Source of the DNA: Narcine bancroftii
Lineage: Eukaryota
Assembly (NCBI RefSeq): GCF_036971445.1
Contig: NC_091473.1
Coordinates: 185,008,001 to 185,072,000 of the forward strand
DNA: 64,000 nucleotides
Direction: 5' to 3'
The notes under the pieces are model-generated. The model was given only the letters and a program-made list of their open reading frames with translations. It did not search any database and was not told the DNA's origin. Positions 52,751-64,000 of the stretch are shown here, in pieces. The translations under genes were made by a program, and so were the position numbers. The stretch's first letter is position 1. Every line of letters begins with the position of its first letter.

Positions 52751-54992
52751 AGGGGATGGCGTAGTATTTCAATCTTCCATTTCGTGCTCAAATAAATCTT
52801 ACATATGACCTGCAGATTTGGAAGGAATATAAATCCATGTTGTCACGTGTGACTTAGACATGACTATTTCAATCACATGTAGTAACATTACTGGAATTAA
52901 GTTTGTAAATCTTTTTCATCTACGAAATTCCATGGATGTGCATGTATGTTTATTTTCTTTCTCTCCCACCATTTCTCCCTCCATCCTTCAGTCAGTCGTG
53001 ATTGACTATGGGAACTACGGCGCTGGTAGTACCGAGATTGTTGAAAAAGGACAATTGTGACTATTGAGGATACAGAAAATGAATGTGTGTGTGTTTGTGT
53101 GTTTTGTATACATATACATAAATTAGAGATATATGCACCAAATCATTGCATTGTTGATGTTCGGAATATATGTGTGTTCAATTAACCAAAGAAACACGAC
53201 CTTCAGCCATTCTAGTCTGTGCTGCCTCGTCCCACAGACCTGCACACAGTCCATAGCCCTCGCATGCATGTACCGGTCCAAAGTCTGCCGAAAATGTAGA
53301 ATGGACACAGCATTTCACATGACAACTGGCAGCTGGTTCATCACTCCTTCCACAATCTGTGTGAAGAAGTTCCCCCTCATGTTTCTCCTTTCACCCTTTC
53401 ATTGGTGTCCTATGGTCTGTATCCTATATATTGTGAAGCTGGGAAAACCAAAGCGGAAACTGAGAAACTTCTGTCAAAGACAGTGATTTCCACAGACTAA
53501 TATCATAAATCGCGTCTTTGAGTTTGGGGCACAATCGCCTGGTCTCTCACGCTTCGCAGTGTTTCCTACACCTACAGTTTAGAGCCCACTCATCCACTCG
53601 CTCGACACCCATGACTTTGTGGCAAGGCGCGATTCAAATGCAAACTGCAAATTTTCCGACGACGCCCCGGTTGTCAGCAGAATCTCAAACGGCGACGAGG
53701 AAGCCAATAAGGGGGAATATAGATCAACTGGGTGACTGTAGTGAAAACACAGAGATGCTGGAGGAACCCGGTCTGTCTCACAGCGTCCATAAGAAGTTCA
53801 AAAATATATATTCTCCTGTGCCTTATCTCCAGCATTTATGTGTTTCAGAGCAGGCTCAATGAGCCAGGTCCCATTCATGCTCTTATTTCGGATGTGCTTG
53901 CGATTTCATGAAGGCTGGAACACATTAATGAAACCTTCCACGTTATTTGGCCTTGTTTTGGGATGGGTAACGGAAGGTAAATGGAGGCAACTTGCATTCA
54001 GCAAGTGTTAGGTAAATTCTCCAAATTTGGTACAGCCCACATTTCACGAAGTAAACTCCTGACAAAGGGATTGGCGGGAGAGGAGACAAAATGCTCAGTA
54101 TTCGGAATGAGCTTCGGGGTTTCCCCAGTTTTAAATGGGGTCAATGCAGCAGGCGGCCAGTCAATGGAACCTGCAGATACGGAGCAGAGCGGGGTGGACA
54201 GCGCCCGTCCGCAGAGTTCAAAATGTCCCTCGCAGCAGCTCCTCGAGGATTCGTGTATGGAAGCAAGTGAAAGTGTGGGAACAGCGGCGAGGACATGTCA
54301 TTGAAAGTATTTGAAGCAGACGGGGTGTCACTGTGAACTAAACCAGAGGTGGGACTTCTTTTATAACAGGTGAATAGATATATAAAAAGTAGAGGCAAGA
54401 GGACGAGGCGTGAAGTGCGTGAGACTCCGTAAGAAGTGTCGTGAGCGTGGAGCCGTGGCCCGAGTAACCCACGATTAGTCAGATTTGTTGCAGGGCACTG
54501 TATTCCAGACATGGAATTTCCCACCAACAAGGGCACGGCTTGTGGGGTCTGTTGTGGGTGGGGGTTGGGAGGGAGACGGTAGTTCTGTTTATTTTGGTTT
54601 GTCATGTTATTTGTTTTTATATCTATTTAAAATTATAAATAAAGTTTCCCAAAAAAAATCAATCCAGGCGTAAACGACGACACCAATCCAGCCGCCCTTG
54701 TTTATCGCTCCTGTTTCTGCATAAATGGTTTCAAATTATATTTATTTATCCCTTTTAACTTCATATTTCTGTTTTCAGGGACGACCAACTCGCTCATCTA
54801 CTCCGTGTTCCCGTATTAAGGGACTGGTTATCCACCCAAGCAGCAACTGCTTCATTTAATCAGGGGCCTAACCGGAGTAGATATTATGAAATGTTAGAAA
54901 TGGTCGGAAACAAAAAGGTTAAACCCGATTGTTGAAATCTTGAACCAACCAGCTTTCTTATTTGTGCCGCTGAGCGCTGCTTCACCAGGATC

Positions 54993-55061
54993 ATGGGGTA
55001 TCCAGCCATTTCCGAATCGCCAGGATTTATTACCCGGTACTTGCCGCAGTTGAAATCTCTG
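54993..55061 (+). pseudogene. GPCR copy H, exon 1 only
   Basis: MGYPAIS then a 1-nt deletion; donor GT->CT; the intron runs into L1 and satellite; no exon 2. Confidence 0.88.
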
Positions 55062-55889
55062 CTGAGACACGGGTGTTGGCCACGAGGGGCTCGGTTCGAA
55101 GTTGTTCTTTTCCTAGTCCACAACTCGCCTGGGCACCCCGCACAGATGCTGCCTCGCAGTTTGAGACTTTATTCCCCGATGTTTGAGTTTCTTCTGCACT
55201 TTAGCGCATTGTTTACTTTCACTTAATTTTGACTGTATTTTAATCCGTTTGGTTCTGTTCAATTTATAATCCCATCGGTAAAATCGGTGTCCATATTATC
55301 TTCGTGGCCGCATTTACTTTGATGCAGCTTCCTTCGCATTATTGCAATGAATTTTTTCCCTTCTCGGCGCCCCTCGATACGATGAAATATATATCACCAA
55401 GACAATCTTTACTGCCGAATTACAACCCATCTGAGTGATGCAGGGCGGCCCGGTGCGCGCACCTCTTTTGCAGCACCAGCGATCGGGGGCAAGGTTTCGA
55501 ATCCAGCATTGCCTGTATGTACTCCCCGTGTCTGGCCGGATTTTTCCCGAAAGCTCCGGTTTCTTTCCACTGTTCCAAACGCAACGGGGATGTAGGTTAA
55601 TTGCCCGTAAGTTGGGTGGCACAGAATGGAGGGCGGAATGGGCTGTTACAGAAAGTATGTCTAATTTTTTGTAAATAACATAAAATTATCGTGTATCTAT
55701 ATAAACGCCCCTGAAATTCGATTAAGAACCTGAGGTCTCACCTCAGAACCCGTTCTCCGATTCTATGCAGTTTCGTGTATTTTTGTTTCAATTTGGTGAA
55801 TACTTTCTTCCCAAGGAATAGACGCTCCAGTGTCCATTTTATTCTCACCATTCATGCTCCCTCCAGCACTTTCCATTCCAGCCACTGAT

Positions 55890-57279
55890 TCTGTAGTGGA
55901 GTCACGTAATGGAGCAGTGGCCGTTAGCGAAAAACCATTCTTCTCCAGAAAAGAAAACAAGTTAAGGAAAGACAAAATTCAATAAATACAAAATATAAGA
56001 GATAAAAGACATCGTTGTAGTGAAGATAAATAAAATGGCACCTAAGAAGAAAAAACTAAAAGCAACGGAAAAAAAGGAAAATAAAAAGAAAGGAGAAGGC
56101 CTTACCAGCACGAAGAAACAGGGAACCTTGTTGAAGAAGAAAGCCCGTTCTCCGAGGTTGGTGACGGCCTCACGGAGTCCTGATCACACCACCCCCCCCC
56201 CCACCACTCCGACAGCTGGACTGCAAAAATGGCTCTCTGAGCCAAATAAAAGTGCGCAACTGCGCATGCACGAGGAGTCGCCCATGAGCAGTGGCAATCG
56301 AAGGAGAAGAAAAACACCGACGGGAGGGGGCTCAGCTGAAGAGCGGACAACCACGGCGCGATCAGCTGAGGGATGCCTGACACCAGGGCTCTCAGCTGGA
56401 AGAAGAGGAAAGCGGCAGGAGAGGGAGTGAGGAACCAGGCAAGGTAAAAAGTCGACGGGGGGTGAATGGAAAGAAGAGCAGCAGCAGGTGGCTCAACAGA
56501 TGAGCAGCTCAGAAGAAGAGGACCAAAAGCAAGAGACCCGATAAAATGATACAAGCAAATCATCAGAAAAAAAATCACAAGAGACACAGATACAAAGAAG
56601 AGAAGAAGAAGACACAAACACAGGTACAGACAAAGAAGAAGAGTAAGAAGAAGAACAAGATCTTCACAGAGAGATAGAATGTAAAAACAGGTGGACAGAA
56701 TATAGATATAGCTTTTTTGAATTACAAAATGAGAGCATTAAACGAATGGTTTGCAGAAGCATTTAGTGAAATTAAAAGAAAAATGAAAAGAACAGCCGAT
56801 AAAATGGAAAGATGAGAAATAGTCATGACAGAAATAGGGAAAAGAGTAGAAAATGTGGAAGAATGAGAAATAGCTGTAGAAATCGAAGTAAACGACAACA
56901 GGAAAATTGGAAGAACATGATGTAAAAAGTCAAGAGACACAAGAGTTGTTAGCTCAGAAATTGATATGAAGGAAAATTATAGTAGGCAAAACAAGGTAAA
57001 AATAGTTGGCCTAAGGAAGCTAAAGAAGGCACAGACAAGAAGGAAGTTATAAAAGAATGGATCCCAAATGTCCTGGCAACGACAGAAATACAGGAAGGAA
57101 TGAAAATAGAAAGGGCATGCAGAGCGCTCGCTCGGAAATCACAGGCACATCAAAAACCAAAATCCATCTTAGTAAATTTTTTGAGATATACAATAAGAGT
57201 AAATAGACTGGAGCAGGGAATGATTAAAATTAGAGAAGACAATAAACCATTGGAATACAAGGGTCAAAAAATATTTTTT
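55890..57279 (+). mobile_element. L1 5' UTR and decayed ORF1, cut off by satellite
   Basis: MAPKKKK start, KIERACRALARK...PKSILVNFLRY; follows target AGCCACTGAT (55880-55889); homologous to 42017-43365. Confidence 0.9.
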
Positions 57280-60200
57280 CCACGCCTCCGTTTCAACCAC
57301 TCTGAATTTACTCCTCTATATTCACCTCACTGTATCCACCCCTCTTTTTCCACAGCTGTTTCCAATCGCCTGTTTCCCCACCTGTTCCTACTCCTCTGAT
57401 TCTACCCCTCTGTTTACACCCCACTGTTTCCACCCCACTGTTCCAGCACCTCTGTTTCTCCACCTCCTTTTCCCCACCTGTTTGTCCACCCCACTGTTTC
57501 CACCCCACTGTTCCAGCACCTCTGTTTCTCCACCTCCTTTTCCCCACCTGTTTGTCCACCCCACTGATTCCACCACTTTGATTCCACACCTCTATTTCCG
57601 CACCACTGTTTCCCCTCCATCACCCCTTCTGCTTCCACCACTCTATTTTCGCACCTCCGGTTCCCCACCTCTGTTTCCCCACATCTTGTTCCACACCTCA
57701 GATTCCACCCATCTGTTTCCCGACCTCTGTTTATACCCCCCTGATTCCACCACTTTGATTCCAACCCTCTGTTTCCACACCTCTCTTTCCCAGCCTCTGT
57801 TGCCCCTGTAGTTTCTACCCCTCAGTTTCGGCCCCGCTGTTTCAGCCCTTGTGTTCACACACCTCCGTTGCCCCACCTTTGGTTCTCACTTCTGTTTCCA
57901 CCCATCTGTTTCCCGACCTCTGTTTCTACCCCTCTGATTCCATCACTTTGATTCGAAACCTCTTTTTCCACACATCTCTTTCCCTACCTCTCTTTCCCCT
58001 GAAGTTTCTCCCCCTCAGTTTCCACTGCGCTGTTCTCAACCCTGTGTTAACACACCTCTATTTCCACATTTCTGTTTCCCCACCTTTGGTTCTCTCCTTT
58101 CTTTCCACACCTCTGTTTCCACGCCTTTGGTTCTCACCTCAGATTCCACCCATCTGTTTCCCGACCTTTGTTTCTACCCCTCTGATTCCACCACTTTGAT
58201 TCAAAGCCTGCGTTTCCACACGTCTCTTTCCCCACCTCTCTTTCCCCTGCAGTTTCTCCCCCTCAGTTTCCACCGCGCTGTTTCCACCCCTGTGTTAACA
58301 CACTTCTTTCTGCACACTTGTTTCCACAACTTTCTTTCTCACCTCTCTTTCTAACCCTTGCTTTTTATACCCTTCAGTTTCTACCCCTCTGTGTCCAACC
58401 TTCTGTTTCCCGGTTATGTTCATATGCTTCTGTTTCAACACCTTTTACCTCCTGTCTTTTTCTACCCTTTCTTTCCACACCTCTGTTTCCAATCCTCTGT
58501 TCCCCACCTATTTTTCTACCCATCTGTTTCTATCCATATGTTTCCACCCCTCAGTTTCCAACTCTCTGTTTCCAACTCTGTTTCTCCACCTGTTTTTATC
58601 CCTCTGTTTTTATCCCTATGTTTCCAGCCTCCTATTTCTAATCATCTGTTTCTACCTCTCTGTATCCGCACCTCCTTCTCCACAACTCTGTATCCCCACC
58701 TCTTCTTCCCCTTCAACTCCTTCCTCCTCTGTTTCTCCACCTCATTTTTACACTCCTCTGATTCCACTCATCTGTTTCCCGACCTGCGTTTATACCCCTC
58801 TATTTCAACCACCCTGTTTCGCCCCCGTCAGTTTTCATTCCACTGTTAAGAACCTTGTGTTAACACACGTCTGTTTCCCAAACTCTTCTTGCCCTTTGTT
58901 TCCTCTCCACTGTGTCTTCCTCTCTGTTTCCAAACACCACTATTTCCCCACCTGTTTCCGCTCCACTGTTCTACCTCTCTGTTTCCATCCCTCAGATTCC
59001 ACCCCCTGTTTCCACCGCTCTGTTTCTCTCCCTCTGCTTCCACTCCTCCGTTTCCACCACTCTGAATATATTCCTCTGTTTCTATCTCTCTGTTTCCACC
59101 CCTGTAATGGAAGATTCTAACCGTGTTTCTTACTTTTGCAGCCATTTCATCTGTAAGGCTGAGAACCTGCTTGTTTTTAGAATCAGCAGACATAAACTAA
59201 ATTCCACCGAGGGGCCAGAGATGCTGTTATCTGACGAAAGGACATCTATGTACCAAGAACATTTTCCTGCTTGTTTTGGTCACAGACTGCCAGAGGCCTA
59301 GCCTTGATGCAAAATAAACCATTGTATTCAAAGTGATAAAAGCTGAAAATTATGTTATTCGATTGAAGCCTCGCATGCTAGCTTGCTCGCTTACCTTTCT
59401 TGATGTGCTGGGACTAGGTGCTTGGGTAAGCAGTTTTTGCGTAATATAATCCATGGTCCTGTTGCTGAAGTTTGAGACTCTCCGAGAGGTGGTAACATCT
59501 CTCAGCAAGAAGAAGAACTTCTAGAGTCCAGCCAATGTCCCGGTCGGGGGAAGTGGAGAAGCTGTTACCGGCGCCCTGTCTACCTACTACAAGTGTGCAG
59601 TCGTTGCCTCGCTTTGGCAATTGGGACCAGTTTAGCCGTTGATATATATAGTTGGGAGGGGCTTGCATATTGTAGTTTGAAATCAGCTTTTGAAGTTGTA
59701 ATAGTATAAACTGAACTGCTCTCGGTGTGTGTGTCTATTTTCTTCCGGTAGCTCAAACAATGTGACCAATCTAAAGTGAACAAAATGAGAGGTATACGTT
59801 TACCCAAGAAACCCCCTCTTTTTCCAATCACCTGATTCTATCCCTCTGCTTATACCCCTCTGATTCCACCCATCTGTTTCCCGACCTGCATTTATACCCC
59901 TCTGTTTCAACCACCCCTTTCGCCCCGTCAATTTCAATCCCACTGTTTCCAATCCTGTGTTAACACACCTTTGTTTCCCGACCTCTGTTTCTTGCCCTCT
60001 GTTTCCCCTCCACTGTTTCTACCTCTCTGTTTCCATCCCTCTGCTTCCACACCTCTGTTTCCACCACTCTGAATTTACTCCTCTGTTTCTTCCTTTCTGT
60101 TTCCACCACTCTTTTTCCACAACTCTCTTTCCAATCGCCTGCTTCGCCACCTGTTTATACTCTTATGATTCTACCTCTCTGTTTCCAACCCTCTGATTCC

Positions 60201-62445
60201 ACCACTTTGATTCCAACTCTTTGTTTCCACACCTCTTTCTCCACCTCTCTTTCCCCTGCAGTTTCTCGCCCTCAGTTTCCACTGCACTGTTTCGTCCCCC
60301 GTGTTAACTCACCTCTGTTTCCACACTTCTGGTTCCCCACCTTATGTTTACACCTCTCATTCCACTCCTCTCTGTTTCTACCCTCCAGCTTCAACTCGTC
60401 TGTTTCCACCCTCTGTTTCCTGTTTATGTTTATACGTAAACTCCTATCTTTTTATACATCTTTGTTTCCACATATCTGTTTCCAATCCTCTGTTTCCCCA
60501 CCTCTGCTTCTACCTATCTGTTTCTACTCATCTGTTTCCTCCACTCAGTTTCCAACTCGGTTTCGCCACCTGTGTTTATCCCTCTCTTTCTATTCATATG
60601 TTTCCACACCCCTATTTCCAATCCTCTGTTTCTAAACCTCTGTAAACACACCTCTATATCCACATCTCTGTAACCCCACCTCTGTTTCCCCTCAACTGCT
60701 CTCCACCTCTGTTTCCACTCCTCTGATTCCTCTCATCTGTTTTCCGTCCTGAGTTTTTAAAAAAATCTCTGTTTCAACCACCCCGCTTTGCCCCATCATT
60801 TTCCATTCGGCTGTTTCTAATCCTGTTTTAACACACCTCTGTTTTCCGAACTCTGTTTCCCCTCCATTGTTTCTACCTCTTTGTTTCCAACACCACTATT
60901 TCCTCACCTCTGTTTCCCCTCCATTGTTTCTACCTCTCCGTTTCCATCCCTCTGATTCTACGCTTCCATTTCCACTACTCTGAATTTACTCCTCTCTTCC
61001 TACCACTCTGTTTCCACCCCTCCTTTACCACAACTCTGTTTCCAGTCGCCTGTTTCCCCTGTTTGTACTCTTCTGATCCTACCCCTCTTTGAACACCCAT
61101 CTGTTTCAGGACCTCTGTTTCTACCCTTCTGATCCCACCACTTGGATTCCAACCCTCTGTTTCCGCACCTCTCTTTCCCCACCGCTGTTTCACCTCCACT
61201 TTTCCACCCTCTGTTTCCACCACTCCGTTTCGGCACGTTTGGTTCCCCACCTCTGATTCCCAACCACTTTTTCCACACCTATGATTCCACCCACCTCTTT
61301 CCCGACCTCCGTTTCTACCCCTTCGATTCCACCACTTTGATTCCAACCCTTTTTTCACATCTCACTCTCCCCACCTCTCTTTCCCCTGCAGTTTCTCTCC
61401 CTCAGTGTCCACTGCGCTGTTTCCAACCCTATGTTAACATACCTATGTTTCCACACTTCTGTTTACCCACCTTTGGAACTCACCTCTCTTTCAATTTCTC
61501 TCTTTTTCTACCCTTCAGTTTCTATCCCTCTGTTTCCAACCCTCTGTTACCCCTTTATGTTTATACGTTTCTGTTCCAAACCCTTTTACCTCTTCTATTT
61601 TTATACCTCTTTGTTTCCACACCTCTGTTTCCACTCCTCTATTTCCCAACCTGTTTCTACTCATCTGTGTCTACCCATCTGTTTCCACCCCTCAGCTTCC
61701 AACTCTCTGATTCTACCTTTGTTTCTCCACCTGTTTCTACCCCTCTGTTTCTATCCCTATGTTTCCAGCACCCTATTTCAAATACTCTGTTACTACCTCT
61801 CTGTATCCACACCTCTTTCTCCACAGCTCTGTATCCCCTCCTCTGTTTCCCCTCAACCGGTCCCCCCTCTGGTTCTCCACCTCTGTTTCTACCCCTCTGA
61901 TTCCACTCACCTGGTGCCCGACCTGACATTATACCCCTCTGCTTCAACCACCCTGTTTCGCCGACCCAATTTCCATCCTGCTATTTCCAACCCTTTGTTA
62001 ACACACCTCTGTTTCCCGACTTCTGTTTCTAGCCCTCTGTTACCACCCCACTGTTTCTACCTCTCTGTTCCCAAACCCCACTATTTCCCCTCCTCTCTTT
62101 CCCCTCCACTGTTTCTACCTCTTTGTTTCCATCCCTCTCATTCGCCCCTCTGTTTCCACCTCTCTGTGTCAATCCCTGTGCTTCCACTCCTCCATTTCCA
62201 CCACTCTGAATTTACTCCACTGTTTCTACCTCTCTGTTTCCACCCATTTTTTCCACAAATCTGTTTCCAATCGCGTTTTCCCACCTGTTTATACTCTTCT
62301 GATTATACCCCTCTGTTCACACCCCTCTGTTTCTACACCTCTCTTTCCCTGCCGCTTATTTCACCCCACTCATTCCACCCATCATTTTCCCGACTTCTGT
62401 TTCTACCCCTCTAATTCCACCACTATGATTCCAACACTCTATTCC
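57280..62445 (-). repeat. Second block of the 14-bp satellite in inverted orientation (ACCCCTCTGTTTCC), interrupted by a solo LTR
   Basis: Reverse complement of the 27272-36156 monomer; shares its higher-order landmarks. Confidence 0.95.
59103..59810 (+). mobile_element. Solo LTR, same family as 13186-14088
   Basis: Begins TGTAATG, ends TACCCAAGAA (one base lost from AAGACA), 5-bp TSD ACCCC; shared blocks GAATCAGCAGACATAA and CTGAACTGCTCTCGGTGTGTGTGTCTATTTTC. Confidence 0.85.
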
Positions 62446-62545
62446 ACACATGTCAAACTCTATAATTATATTTGGCCCGCAAGACCATATTAAATATATA
62501 TTAGAGTTGACCCGCTGGCCTCCATGCCAGTATAGCACATGCACA
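62446..62545 (+). mobile_element. hAT (Charlie-like) DNA transposon 5' end, internally deleted
   Basis: CACACATGTCAAACTC...TTTGGCCCGC, similar to 63474-63600. Confidence 0.6.
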
Positions 62546-63162
62546 CTGAAGGTGAAAATGAAGACGCCGGAGGTGTGGAGGGATCTCAGAGTCCCGAATC
62601 CCCGGGATCGGAGCGCCGCACTCAGCCCGCCCGGCTCCCGGACACACAGAGCGGCTGGAGTTGGGGACCATCCTCGCTGGGTCTGTGCTTCAGCGGCGAC
62701 GCCGGACCGAACGTCTCATTGGCGATGCCTTCCCCCTCGCTCTGTGTGCGGCGGACCCTGCCTCCAGCTCCTTTTGTTGGAGACGAGCCCGGCGCCATGA
62801 GATCGCAGTTTAATCCCTCTCCAACCATGGGAGGGGGGTGGGAGCAACGCGCTCTTCTCAGCCAATTCCTCCACCACCCCAGACGCCGACGTTTCAACGG
62901 GTGGTTCGGGTGCCTTCGTCAGGCGACTGACCTGTTGGTCCAAGACAAGGGGAGAGCATACAAACTCCACACAGACAGCACCTGAACTTGGGTGAACGTG
63001 GAGCTGCGACCCCACATTCCACATCAGGATTGTGTGTAAGTTTGGGAGCAGTGAGACGGAAGCTTATTTTGTTCTTGTGATTTAAGCCTTTCTTGGGGTG
63101 GGGGTCCTTCTCTGACTACTTGCCTAACAATTAACCTAATCAGATGTGGAGTTACCACAATA

Positions 63163-63473
63163 CAACAGTTCTCAACCTTTTTCTTTCCACTCGCGTCCCT
63201 GTGCCATTGGTACTCTGTGATTAGTAAGGGATTGCTTAAGGTGATCTGTGGGTGGGAAGAAAAAGTTTGAAGACCACTGCTTTAATCATCCCTCATTGAC
63301 TCATCATGTGCACAGTTTCAGAACGCTAAAGGAAATGGGCCAATGACAATTTTTCTCAAGCAAAATATTTCAGTAACAATTGGGTCTAGAGCAGTGATTC
63401 TCACCCTCTCCTTCCCACTCACATCCCACCTTAAGCAATCCCTTACTACTTACAGAGTTCCGATGGCATAGGG
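63163..63473. mobile_element. Pair of hAT-type MITE units in inverted orientation
   Basis: TIR-like CAACAGTTCTCAACC...GTTTGAAGACCACTG and CAGTGATTCTCACCC; 63197-63259 is the reverse complement of 63411-63473. Confidence 0.65.
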
Positions 63474-63620
63474 CACACATGTCAAACTCTGGCCCGCGGG
63501 CCAAATTTGGCCCGCGATATAATTATATTTGACCCACAAGATCATTTCAAAAATGTATTAGAGGTGGCCCGCTGGCCGCCGCGCCAGTATAGCGCATGCA
63601 CAGTAATACAACAAATCCCA
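63474..63620 (+). mobile_element. hAT (Charlie-like) DNA transposon 5' end
   Basis: CACACATGTCAAACTCTGGCCCGCGGGCCAAATTTGGCCCGCG: terminal and subterminal GGCCC motifs typical of hAT elements. Confidence 0.65.
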
Positions 63621-64000
63621 GAATGCATTGGCATCAGCCAGCTAATCGCCCCCACCTCCTCTGTTTACGTTGCAGGGTCTCACCATGGACTCTGGTTTTG
63701 GGGCCAGGCCGGTGTCAGGGGAAGCCAAGGTCACTTCCCAGTGCCTGGAACCGGAGGCCTCGGGCCTGACCTCGCCAGGACCGTTGCCCACTCACCCTCC
63801 CTGCCACAGGCCGATCCGCGGCTCATGGTTACAGGGCCGCTGATCCGCCGAGATGCCGCCCTGCAGTGAGAGCCGATGCACCTGCACTGTCGTTGTCCAA
63901 CCCGATCGCCCGCAAACCCCGCCCTCCCACACACAGGCCTGAGTAAGTATTATGAACTTTAATCTCAGGATAAAGCGATCTTCCAATAGTTTCATGTCAC

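Noticed and set aside
57482-62414. ORFs up to 327 aa in the second satellite block
   Set aside because: Same satellite artefact

Overview
Vertebrate nuclear DNA, most likely a cartilaginous fish (inferred from V-SINE/HE1-like SINEs, CR1 tails, Rex1 and fish-type L1 remnants, and the GPCR family present). The window is a segmentally duplicated cluster of two-exon GPR139/GPR142-like class A orphan GPCR genes with a ~5-6.5 kb repeat unit. Five copies (A-E) are on the minus strand and three (F-H) on the plus strand. Only copy E, complement(join(24466..25343,26320..26389)), 315 aa, is intact. The other seven carry stops, frameshifts, lost start or splice sites, deletions or L1/LTR insertions, and several lesions are shared between copies. 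The right arm looks like an inverted duplicate of the left arm. Two blocks of a 14-bp strand-asymmetric satellite (27.3-36.2 kb and 57.3-62.4 kb) lie in opposite orientation. The rest is decayed L1, solo LTRs, SINEs, CR1/Rex1 fragments, hAT MITEs, microsatellites and three N-runs. All alignments were made by eye, so TE boundaries are approximate.
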